In this document: one piece after another, positions 37,343 to 45,287 of the stretch | Numbering within the stretch: the first letter of the stretch is position 1 | Layout: every line of letters begins with the position of its first letter | From: an uncultured Anaerolineaceae bacterium | Lineage (GTDB): Bacteria; Chloroflexota; Anaerolineae; Anaerolineales; E44-bin32 | Length of the DNA stretch: 64,000 nucleotides | Direction of reading: 5' to 3' | Assembly: GCA_964590515.1 (NCBI GenBank) | Contig: CAZPZD010000001.1 | Span: forward strand, 39,853 to 103,852 | The notes under the pieces: model-generated | What the model was told of the DNA's origin: nothing | Seen by the model: the letters and a program-made list of their open reading frames with translations, nothing else | Databases searched by the model: none | Position numbers and translations under genes: made by a program

Positions 37343-37432
37343 GCCGCTGTTCGGTTCAGCTCCAACCGCTATAATAGCCCCCGTTCGGAGCTCGGATTGT
37401 CCACGGCCGAGCAGGCCGGAGGCTGCGCAGGC

Positions 37433-38056
37433 ATGGGATTGTTCTCGAGACGAAAGAAACCCAACCGCTTCATCGAGTTGTTGACCAAGCAGGCCGAACA
37501 CACGTCGGAAGGCCTGCAGCTCTTGATGCAGTATGTGAAGAATGAGGACGAATCCCTGGCTCGCCGGCTCACCGAATTCGAGAAACAAGCCGATGAAGTG
37601 CGCCGGATTCTGATCGACGAGCTGAATCGGACCTTCATCACGCCGATCGACCGGGAGGACATCTTCACCTTGTCCTTGACGATCGACGATGTGTTGGACT
37701 ATGCAAATTCAACCCTCGAAGAGATGGCGATGTTTGAAATCAAGCCGACCCCGTTCCTCGAGCGGATGGTCTCGCTTCTCAGCGAAGCGGCTCGGGAGAT
37801 CCACATGGGGGTGATGCAACTGGAAGATCATCCGAGCGTGGCGAACGACCACGCCGTGCGGGCCAAGGCGCTTGAGAACCGGATGGAGACCGTCTATCGG
37901 GAGGCGATCTCAGATTTGTTCCACATGCCCCGCGACGTCGATCACATTGTCGAGATGCTCAAGCTGCGCGAGGTGTATCGCCACCTATCCAACGCGGCAG
38001 ATCGGGGGGATGCCGCCGCTAATGTCATCGGAGATATCGTCGTGAAGAAGATGTAG
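37433..38056 (+). CDS. DUF47 family protein (PhoU-like, YkaA-type)
   Basis: MGLFSRRKK...FIELL...ADEVRRILIDELNRTFITPIDREDI...VYRHLSNAADRGDAAANVIGDIVVK follows the DUF47/TIGR00153 pattern. The longer track ORF from 36944 is antisense to era. Confidence 0.8.
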   Translation: MGLFSRRKKPNRFIELLTKQAEHTSEGLQLLMQYVKNEDESLARRLTEFEKQADEVRRILIDELNRTFITPIDREDIFTLSLTIDDVLDYANSTLEEMAMFEIKPTPFLERMVSLLSEAAREIHMGVMQLEDHPSVANDHAVRAKALENRMETVYREAISDLFHMPRDVDHIVEMLKLREVYRHLSNAADRGDAAANVIGDIVVKKM

Positions 38057-38059
38057 GGT

Positions 38060-39010
38060 TCAGGCGGCCAGCCGGTCGAGCTTGAGACCGACCTCGCGCC
38101 ATTGAATCTTGGAAACGCCGAGTTTCTGGCGCAGATTGTCTTTGGCGATCCCGGCCTTGTAATCGGTGAGGGCGGCCGTCCAGCGGCACATGTTGAAGGA
38201 GAGATGCTTCTTCTTCAATCCGGCCGCGGCTCCGATCTCCTCCAGCAGATACTCCAACCGACGGGGAGAGTAGGGGAAAAGCCGCTCGGTCGGGGCATAC
38301 TGTCCCAAGTACTCTCGGTAAGCCGGAATCCAGGCCGACTCGAGCGGCAGCTTGCGCTCTCGGTAGCGTTTTCGGACGTCCCCGTAGCGAATCCACAGAA
38401 TGGGACCGTCCACAGCCTTGAGGTCAATGTGTTTGAGGTGAACCCCCAGGCACTCGCCTTTCTTCACCCCAGTGCTCAACAGCAAACCGACCAGGGCGTA
38501 CGGCCTCGCATCCGGCGGATCCTTCCGCCGCAGCTGTTCGGCCGTCTTTAGCACGGCCAGGACCTCATCCTGGGTAAGAACCTCAGGCAGCGGGCTGAGG
38601 ACCGACTGCTGCGGAACGGCCGCCGCTGGATCCTCGATCAGCACGCCGGCCTGCTTGAGCCAGCGGAAGAACGCCTTGAGCGAGGTCACCCGCCGAGAGT
38701 AGGTCTTGGGACTGCACGGCACTCCCCGACGATTGAGCATCCATTCCAGGAAGTTACGCAAGTCGTGCTGACCGATTGCATTGATGGAGTGGCCGGCGCC
38801 CATGAAACGGGCGAGCAGCCGCAGGTCACTGGTGAAGGCCTTGACGGTGTGGATCGAGCGGCCCGCCGTTTCCAAGTCTTCCCCCCAGGCCTGGATCGCG
38901 GCGCTCAGGCTGGAATCCGGCCGGACGGGTCCGCGGGGACGGCCCTGGTTGGAGCGGTTTTCTCGCCGGGATCGCGAGAAGAGCGGAAGCTGGTCCCGGG
39001 TTGCGCCCAT
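38060..39010 (-). CDS. tyrosine-recombinase (phage integrase family) homologue with degenerate catalytic residues
   Basis: N-terminal SAM-like core-binding region (SIHTVKAFTSDLRLLARF, TYSRRVTSLKAFFRW). The C-terminal domain aligns to XerC/D boxes, but with TGVK for TGLR, FNMCRW for HxLRH and LGVSKIQWREVG for LGHSxxxTTxxY. Confidence 0.7.
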   Translation of the reverse strand: MGATRDQLPLFSRSRRENRSNQGRPRGPVRPDSSLSAAIQAWGEDLETAGRSIHTVKAFTSDLRLLARFMGAGHSINAIGQHDLRNFLEWMLNRRGVPCSPKTYSRRVTSLKAFFRWLKQAGVLIEDPAAAVPQQSVLSPLPEVLTQDEVLAVLKTAEQLRRKDPPDARPYALVGLLLSTGVKKGECLGVHLKHIDLKAVDGPILWIRYGDVRKRYRERKLPLESAWIPAYREYLGQYAPTERLFPYSPRRLEYLLEEIGAAAGLKKKHLSFNMCRWTAALTDYKAGIAKDNLRQKLGVSKIQWREVGLKLDRLAA

Positions 39011-39089
39011 CGCTAACAGAGCCTGCTTCGCATAGCCAAGGGCTGGACTCTAGACTCGAGGGTGCGAAAAGTCAAATAGGGCTGGCTAA

Positions 39090-40499
39090 CTACGACCCGA
39101 TTTGGCCGCGGGTCGGGTCGAAGCAGGGGTTGTAATCGTTCCCGATCACCAACCGATAGACAAAGGGTGACGACGGGTCAGGGGAGCTGACCAGGCGTCC
39201 ACTCCCGAAGCCGAACGCTCGCAGGATCGCCCGGCTTGCCTCAGCGGTCGCCAGACCGAAATCGATCAGCTGGGTCGTGTTCACGGGCGCGGAAGCCGCC
39301 GGAGCGACGAATGCCTCAAATCCGGCATAGTTCAGCCGCTCGGCGGCCAGCTGGCCCCAGGTCGGGTCGTCGGAGGAGTTGATCACTTCGACCGTGAAGG
39401 CAACCTCAGGGACCAGCTCGTCGGGAGCCTCGAAGTCGAAGGCCGCGGCCAATAAGACCTGCAGCGATTCGGGCCTGGGCACAAGCACCTGCGCTCCGCT
39501 GACCGGGATTCGCCAGCTGGTGACTTCATCCCGTCCGATGAAACGACTCCGGATATCCGCGCTGCTAATCCGAGCCGACAACGGCCCGAGCGTGAGCAAG
39601 TCGCCCAGCCCCAGGTCGGTGGTCAGAGTTTCGCGGAGCTCTGAGTACAAGGCAGGGAGCTGCGGAATCAGATCGAAGCTCAAGACCTGCCGGTAAATCG
39701 CGCGCAGGACTTCCTGCTGTCGCCGGCTGCGATCGAAATCGGATGACAAACTGCGCGAGCGGGCGTACCAAAGAGCCAGATCGCCGTCCATCTGGATGAC
39801 TCCGGCGGGAACGGTATGCAGGCGCCAATTCTGGGCGAGGTTGGGGTCCAAGTAGGGTTCTTTCAAGCGCCAGTCCCGGTAGGAACAAGTCACGCTAACT
39901 TCGACCCCGCCCAGGGTATCCACGATGCGGCTGAACCCGTCCATTTCGACCCGGGCGAAGTGATCGATCCGGATTCCAAGGTTGTAGCGGATGGTATCGA
40001 CCAAGAGGCCCGGCCCGCCTCCTGGATATCCGATGGTCTCACCCAGTGAGAAGGCGGTGTTGATCCGCTGCATGCTGTAACCGGGCAAGTAAACGTAGAG
40101 GTCCCTCGGAATCGAGAGCATCGCCACCGCCCCCTTCTCGGGGTGGATCGATACGATGATCAGGACGTCGGTGCGGAAACTAGTGCTTGAGGGCCGTCGA
40201 TCGGATCCAAGCAGCAGGATGTTTATGACTGCTCGATCGAAGCCCACCTGCGGAGCCGGAGGTGGGATCGGGGTGGGAGGCGAGGGCGGATTGCCATAGG
40301 TGAAGGGCGCCGGCCACCCGAGGTCCGGCATCGGCTGAGGAGTGGCCCGGCTTTCCGGCGTCGGAGTGCTTAACGGCGCAGCAGCGGAAGACTGAGCAGT
40401 TGGTTTCTGCAGCCGCGGGGCGCCGGGGTCGACTTTAGAGGCCGGAACGCAGGCCGCAGCCAACAACAACAGCGAGGCAAGCCCGCCCCGAGTCACCAC
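39090..40499 (-). CDS. LytR-CpsA-Psr (LCP) family cell-envelope phosphotransferase with LytR_C domain
   Basis: INILLLGSDRR...RTDVLIIVSIHPEKGAVAMLSIPRDLYV...RINTAF is the LCP core. There is an N-terminal signal/anchor, and the C-terminal ~100 aa are LytR_C-like. Confidence 0.85.
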   Translation of the reverse strand: MVTRGGLASLLLLAAACVPASKVDPGAPRLQKPTAQSSAAAPLSTPTPESRATPQPMPDLGWPAPFTYGNPPSPPTPIPPPAPQVGFDRAVINILLLGSDRRPSSTSFRTDVLIIVSIHPEKGAVAMLSIPRDLYVYLPGYSMQRINTAFSLGETIGYPGGGPGLLVDTIRYNLGIRIDHFARVEMDGFSRIVDTLGGVEVSVTCSYRDWRLKEPYLDPNLAQNWRLHTVPAGVIQMDGDLALWYARSRSLSSDFDRSRRQQEVLRAIYRQVLSFDLIPQLPALYSELRETLTTDLGLGDLLTLGPLSARISSADIRSRFIGRDEVTSWRIPVSGAQVLVPRPESLQVLLAAAFDFEAPDELVPEVAFTVEVINSSDDPTWGQLAAERLNYAGFEAFVAPAASAPVNTTQLIDFGLATAEASRAILRAFGFGSGRLVSSPDPSSPFVYRLVIGNDYNPCFDPTRGQIGS

Positions 40500-40503
40500 T
40501 GGT

Positions 40504-41715
40504 TCATTCCGAGCGGGCCGGAATCAGCACAGTGACCGTGCTGCCCCCTCCGACTTCGCTGCCGACCCACACTCTCCCTCCCATTCCCTCCGCCAGCTGC
40601 TTCACCCGAGCGAGTCCGCTCTCAGTTCCGCGCCCCGCCTCAGGGCTGTGGAAAACCCGCCCCAGGTCCTCCGGTGGAATCCCGCCCCCGGAGTCGGTGA
40701 CGGAGAGACTCACCCAGGCACCGTCGGCTGAATCGGTGGCGAGTGCAGATACCGGGATCACCGCTCCGGCCGGGGAGGCCTGTATCGCGTATTCGATCAG
40801 GGTCACCAGGATCTGGCGCAACTCGTCCGGGTCGCCGTTCACCGAGGGAAGGCTCCCAGCTAGATCGAGGTGAAGCGATTGATCTCGCTCCTTGAGATTA
40901 CCGGCGACCTGAGCGACTGCAGTTTCCACCGAGGCGATCACGTCTGCCCGCTCCTCGATCGGCGGAGTCAATGAACCCACCGGTATCGGTTTCTGAGGCT
41001 CGAGCTGGCGCTTGACCTCCGCCAGCTCCTCCAGGGCGAGCCGCAGTTCCGCCTTGAGGGTCTCCGTTTGATCGTGGGGATCGGGGCTCGGCGAGCGCCT
41101 CGCGACGCCTCCGATCCCGTGACCGAACTTCTCGGCCCAGGCCTCGACCGCCTCAGGCTTGCTCGTGCGGCTTGCTTCGATCTCGGGCTTCGTCCCAGGT
41201 CCAGGTTGTTCGAGACCTGCCCGGATCAGCTTCTGGATAATGAGCAGCGCGACTACCGGGTAAAAGACCGCTTCAGCCGACCGCAATACGCTCATGCTGA
41301 GCAGGCCCAATCCGCTCCACAGTTCGACCGACCAGGAGGTCCCCGCCAGCTGCTCAATGCCGACGGCCACGCTGAGCCCGACCACCAGCACCGTGCTGAC
41401 TGCCAACAGCCAGGGGTCCCAGCGCGGGTGCGGCTGCGGAAGGAGCAACACCCATCCAGTAACCAGGGCGGTGGCCGCCGCCGCGAACCACTCCAGCCAG
41501 GCGACGAGCTGGCGAGTGTCGAAGATCCCCCACGAGTTGATCAGAAGGAGGGCAACCAACGTCAGGCGCAGGCCGACCACCGGAACACCGGCGGTGGACC
41601 AGCGAAAGTTGGCAGGACGTGGAGGGAGTGCGGTCGCGACCCCGACGAGCAGCGCAAAGGCGGTGGCGACCGCCAGGTGGGAGGCCAGGCGACCCGCGAG
41701 CAGCGCCTCGGACAT
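40504..41715 (-). CDS. polytopic membrane protein with C-terminal HATPase_c domain, without a canonical H-box
   Basis: About 5 TM helices, a coiled coil, then G1 DSGGGIP and a G2-like GLARVKQLAEGMGGRVWV. No HExxxP phospho-acceptor box is present, and the N-box Asn position reads IEYAIQ. Confidence 0.65.
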   Translation of the reverse strand: MSEALLAGRLASHLAVATAFALLVGVATALPPRPANFRWSTAGVPVVGLRLTLVALLLINSWGIFDTRQLVAWLEWFAAAATALVTGWVLLLPQPHPRWDPWLLAVSTVLVVGLSVAVGIEQLAGTSWSVELWSGLGLLSMSVLRSAEAVFYPVVALLIIQKLIRAGLEQPGPGTKPEIEASRTSKPEAVEAWAEKFGHGIGGVARRSPSPDPHDQTETLKAELRLALEELAEVKRQLEPQKPIPVGSLTPPIEERADVIASVETAVAQVAGNLKERDQSLHLDLAGSLPSVNGDPDELRQILVTLIEYAIQASPAGAVIPVSALATDSADGAWVSLSVTDSGGGIPPEDLGRVFHSPEAGRGTESGLARVKQLAEGMGGRVWVGSEVGGGSTVTVLIPARSE

Positions 41716-41788
41716 TGGATGGTCCGACCGAAAGTCGGCCGGGGATTATAGCACGCAGGCCTTGATGAGCCGTTTGAGGGAGGGTCGC

Positions 41789-42799
41789 TTACTGGGGTTC
41801 CGGCCGGGGCTGAAGGCCGATCCAGCGCACTGCCACCATGCCGTAAAGGATGGACAACCAGAAGGTGATCCCCCGGAAGGCAAGCGTGATCACCGCCGCA
41901 CGGCCAAACGCTACCCCGAGGGAGGTCAACACCAGGGTCATCGCTCCCTCCACGAATCCGAGCCCGGAAGGAGTAGGGGACACAATATAGAAGAGGTAGC
42001 CCACGCTGAAACTGGCGAGCAGGGTGCCGGCGAAGGGGGTCTGGCCGAAGGCGAGGAAAACCAAAGCGAGGACCGTGAGCAGCAGAAACTTGCTGCTCAC
42101 CGCCAGGGCCGCCGGGAGCAAGAGGGCCTGCGGAGTCCGCCGCACCTCCTGGAGCCCCTCATGGATATCATGCGCAAGCTTGTGCGCATGCGACAGATCG
42201 AAGAAATCCCTGCGAATGAGCGGCCTGAGCAGACGATTCACTCGCTCGCCCGCCCAATACAGACCGCGAGTCAACCGATCAGGGGACTCCATTCCCAGGG
42301 CGAGCAATGCCGCGCTGACCAGGGCGGTTGCTCCAAGGAGGAGCGCGGCCAGCACCTCCGCGGCGCTCAGGTGATTGAGTTGAAAAAGGACCAGCAGACC
42401 CAGCCCGACAAATGCCAGGAGGCTCAGCTGCTCTCCGAAAACGAACAGTGCGGCTCCGGTTGTTAACCGACCGACCGGCAATCCCCGCTTCCGTCCATCG
42501 GCCAACAAGATCGCCATCCCCCCCATCCCGGCGCTTGGCGCGACCACGCTGACGAATTGGACCGCGGCGGTCACCAGCGCTAGGTGGCGGAGTTGCTCGT
42601 CGATCCCCAGCGCTCGATAAATCGACTTGAATGACCCGGCCGTGGTCAGGATCCAGACCAGGTGTACCGCTACAGCCAAAGCAAGCCAGCGCGGGTCACC
42701 GGTCTGGAGGGTTTGGAGCACTTGTAGGAATTCATCGAAGCGCGAGAAGAGAAAGACAGCCCCGAGCGCGAAAAGCACGACCAACAGCAGTCTGCGCAT
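41789..42799 (-). CDS. UPF0104 / lysylphosphatidylglycerol-synthase-TM-like (flippase-like) membrane protein
   Basis: Polytopic membrane protein. The N-terminal pattern RRLLLVVLFALGAVFLF...W..LALAV....W is typical of the UPF0104 family. ATG 42799 follows the fabD stop. Confidence 0.65.
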   Translation of the reverse strand: MRRLLLVVLFALGAVFLFSRFDEFLQVLQTLQTGDPRWLALAVAVHLVWILTTAGSFKSIYRALGIDEQLRHLALVTAAVQFVSVVAPSAGMGGMAILLADGRKRGLPVGRLTTGAALFVFGEQLSLLAFVGLGLLVLFQLNHLSAAEVLAALLLGATALVSAALLALGMESPDRLTRGLYWAGERVNRLLRPLIRRDFFDLSHAHKLAHDIHEGLQEVRRTPQALLLPAALAVSSKFLLLTVLALVFLAFGQTPFAGTLLASFSVGYLFYIVSPTPSGLGFVEGAMTLVLTSLGVAFGRAAVITLAFRGITFWLSILYGMVAVRWIGLQPRPEPQ

Positions 42800-42803
42800 G
42801 CGG

Positions 42804-43760
42804 TTAGGGCCGCCCGCCGGCAAGCCTTTCGATTCCGGCCGGATCACCGGCTGTGGCGGCGTTCGCCCCGCGTTCGATCCGCTTCACGAGATTGGATAGC
42901 ACATCCCGCGGGCCAAGTTCGATGAACTGGGTCACCCCCGCGGCGAGCATCGAGCCGATGGTCTCGGTCCAACGCACCCGAGAGGTCAGTTGTGAGCGAA
43001 GTTCTTCCCTGACTTCAGCGATCGAGGCCAGCGGGGTTGCGCTTACGTTTCCGATGACTGGGATTGCAGGAGCCGAGATCGGTGTGGACTCGATCGCCCG
43101 ATTCAGCTTGGCCTGGGCCGGCTCCATCAGTGCCGAGTGGGCTGCGATGCTCACGGCTAGCTCAACGACCCGGCGTGCCCCGGCCGCTCGCAGCCGTTCG
43201 ATGGCCGAAGCCAGCCCCAGCTGGGACCCTGAGATGACCAGCTGCCCGGGACAGTTGTCGTTGGCGATCTGGACAGGTTCTCCGGTGGCCGCCCGGGCTG
43301 CCGCACAGGCAGCCTCAACCGCCTGCAGCTCCAGGCCGAGCACCGCCGCCATCCCTCCCGGGCTGCGGGCCCCGGCCGCCTTCATCGCCTCGCCGCGGGT
43401 ACGGACGAGGCGCAGCGCGTCCGGAAATTGCATTGCCCCGGCCGCGATCAGGGCGCTGAACTCACCCAGTGAATGCCCGGCCAGCCAACTCGCCCGGAGA
43501 TCGGGCCGGATGGACTGCAAGCTGCGCAGCGCGGCCACCGAATGACAGAGCAGTGCTGGCTGGGTATTCACGGTGTCGTTGAGCTCCTCCGCCGGTCCGG
43601 CCCAGCACAGCCGCGAAAGCGCAAAGCCGACGATCTCGTCGGCTTCTTCGAAGACCCTGGCGGCTGCTGGAAAGCGGGCCGCCAGTTCCTTGCCCATGCC
43701 AACTTCCTGAGAACCCTGGCCCGGGAAAAGGAATGCGGCGACTTGGGAGTTGGACGCCAT
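42804..43760 (-). CDS. fabD: malonyl CoA-ACP transacylase
   Basis: FLFPGQGSQEVGMG and the active-site GHSLGEFSAL. Confidence 0.93.
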   Translation of the reverse strand: MASNSQVAAFLFPGQGSQEVGMGKELAARFPAAARVFEEADEIVGFALSRLCWAGPAEELNDTVNTQPALLCHSVAALRSLQSIRPDLRASWLAGHSLGEFSALIAAGAMQFPDALRLVRTRGEAMKAAGARSPGGMAAVLGLELQAVEAACAAARAATGEPVQIANDNCPGQLVISGSQLGLASAIERLRAAGARRVVELAVSIAAHSALMEPAQAKLNRAIESTPISAPAIPVIGNVSATPLASIAEVREELRSQLTSRVRWTETIGSMLAAGVTQFIELGPRDVLSNLVKRIERGANAATAGDPAGIERLAGGRP

Positions 43761-43771
43761 CGCCTATTGGG

Positions 43772-43957
43772 TTAGGCGTGCTCGATCTCGATGACCTCCC
43801 GGCCGGCATAATGCCCGCAGTTCGGGCAAATATGGTGGGGCAAATGCTTCTCACCGCAATTGGTGCAAGTGAGCAATTGCCTGTTGGGCAGCGCATCGTG
43901 AGCTCGCCGGCGGTTGCGTCTTCCTTGGGAGAGTTTTCGCTTCGGCAGAGGCGGCAT
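43772..43957 (-). CDS. rpmF: 50S ribosomal protein L32
   Basis: MPPLPKRKLSQGRRNRRRAH...C..CG....HH.CPNCG zinc-ribbon L32 pattern. The internal ATG 43957 gives the expected 61 aa. Confidence 0.9.
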   Translation of the reverse strand: MPPLPKRKLSQGRRNRRRAHDALPNRQLLTCTNCGEKHLPHHICPNCGHYAGREVIEIEHA

Positions 43958-44088
43958 AAGATCCCTCGGGTGCTTATACAGAAGATCGCCTGCCAAATGG
44001 GCAGGCGGGTTCATTATATCGTCGCCAAACGCGGTGTCAAGGCACGCGCGTTTCGCGCCCAAGGAACGATGGTCCGAGGCACATTCGG

Positions 44089-44094
44089 TATAAT
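44089..44094 (+). promoter_or_regulatory. -10 hexamer TATAAT placed 6 nt before the moaC start codon (leaderless candidate)
   Basis: TATAAT at 44089-44094 and GTG at 44101. No good -35 was seen. Confidence 0.4.
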
Positions 44095-44100
44095 CGGGCC

Positions 44101-44574
44101 GTGAGTCTAAGCCATGTCGACAGCCGCGGGCGAGCGCGAATGGTGGACGTCGCCGGAAAGCCGGAATCCGAGCGCAGCGCGATCGCAAGGGCCGAAGTCC
44201 GGATGTCGCGTGAGACATTGATCGCGGCTCGGGCCGGCGATCTCAAGAAGGGCGATCTGCGGGCCACCGCCGAGCTTGCCGGCGTGATGGCGGCCAAGCG
44301 GACAGCCGAGCTTATCCCCCTTTGCCATTCGCTTTCGCTCACCCATGTCGCAGTGGAAATCGAGTTTTCGGAAGAGCTGCCAGGGGTGGAGATAATGAGT
44401 TCCGTCCGCACGCTGGCGCGGACCGGGGTAGAAATGGAAGCCCTGACCGCCGTGTCGGTGGCGGCGCTGACGGTGTACGACATGATCAAGGGACTCGACC
44501 GAGGAGCCAGGATCACCGACATCCGGCTGGTCGAGAAGCACGGCGGACGCTCCGGTGATTACGTAGCAGAGTGA
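44101..44574 (+). CDS. moaC: cyclic pyranopterin monophosphate synthase accessory protein MoaC
   Basis: LSHVD..G.ARMVDV..K, KGDL and LIPLCHSLSL motifs. Confidence 0.92.
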   Translation: MSLSHVDSRGRARMVDVAGKPESERSAIARAEVRMSRETLIAARAGDLKKGDLRATAELAGVMAAKRTAELIPLCHSLSLTHVAVEIEFSEELPGVEIMSSVRTLARTGVEMEALTAVSVAALTVYDMIKGLDRGARITDIRLVEKHGGRSGDYVAE

Positions 44575-44577
44575 CCC

Positions 44578-45285
44578 GTGCAGATTGAGATTCTCTACTT
44601 CGCCACGCTGCGCGATTTGGCCGGTCTCCGGAAAGAGCAGCTCAGCCTCCCTGAAGACTCGACCGTTGGGGATTTGAAGAACCGCCTGAGCGAGCGGGGG
44701 GATCGACTGGCTCTGGCGCTCGGGAGTGCCTTGTTTTCGGTGAACCACGAGTTTGCCTTCCCAGAGGAAGGTCTGAACGAGGGGGATGAAGTGGGAGTGT
44801 TCCCACCGGTGAGCGGGGGAGGACACCCGACTCTCCTCAAGGTCACTGAAGAACCACTCGATTTGAATGCTCTGGTCGAAGATATCGCCGGAGCATCGAC
44901 CGGCGCGGTTTGCATCTTTAGTGGGCTAGTGCGGGCTCAAACCGTTCGAGGGGAACCACGTCTGACTAGCTTCCTCGAATACGAAGCCTATTGGCCGATG
45001 GCCGAAGCGAAGCTCAAACAGGTGGCCGCCGAGATGCGAGAGCGCTGGCCGGAGGTCGAAGGGATCGCCATTGTGCAGCGGGTGGGCCATCTCGATCCGG
45101 GTACGCCGACAGCGGTCATTGCCTGCAGCGCGCCCCATCGGGACAGCGGGGTTTTCGAAGCGGCTCGCTATGGGATCGATCGTCTCAAACAGATCGTCCC
45201 GATCTGGAAGAAAGAGGTCGGCCCGGGGGGTGAGGCCTGGGTCGAAGGCACGTACCAACCCCAATCAAGCGACCAGAGCAGGTAG
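44578..45285 (+). CDS. fused molybdopterin synthase: MoaD sulfur-carrier domain + MoaE catalytic subunit
   Basis: The N-terminal 81 aa have a ubiquitin-like MoaD pattern, with the VFPPVSGG motif kept internally. The rest is MoaE-like (GAVCIFSGLVR, YEAYWPMAE, HRDSGVFEAARYGIDRLKQIVPIWKKE). Confidence 0.85.
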   Translation: MQIEILYFATLRDLAGLRKEQLSLPEDSTVGDLKNRLSERGDRLALALGSALFSVNHEFAFPEEGLNEGDEVGVFPPVSGGGHPTLLKVTEEPLDLNALVEDIAGASTGAVCIFSGLVRAQTVRGEPRLTSFLEYEAYWPMAEAKLKQVAAEMRERWPEVEGIAIVQRVGHLDPGTPTAVIACSAPHRDSGVFEAARYGIDRLKQIVPIWKKEVGPGGEAWVEGTYQPQSSDQSR

Positions 45286-45287
45286 AG

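Noticed and set aside
36944-37432. Long N-terminal extension of the DUF47 ORF (track ORF 36944..38056).
   Set aside because: The extension is antisense to era and low-complexity. The DUF47 homology begins at MGLFSRRKK (ATG 37433), downstream of a TATAAT at 37370-37375.
38060-39010. Integrase homologue as a marker of an integrated prophage or genomic island.
   Set aside because: I saw no phage, transposase or cargo genes on either side, no adjacent tRNA target and no flanking direct repeats. The neighbours are housekeeping genes of similar composition, and the protein lacks the catalytic Tyr.
43958-44100. Possible Moco riboswitch upstream of moaC.
   Set aside because: The best -10 box sits only 6 nt from the start codon, leaving no leader. 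I could not recognise the conserved Moco-motif helices in the 143-bp region. A covariance-model search (Rfam RF01055) would settle it.
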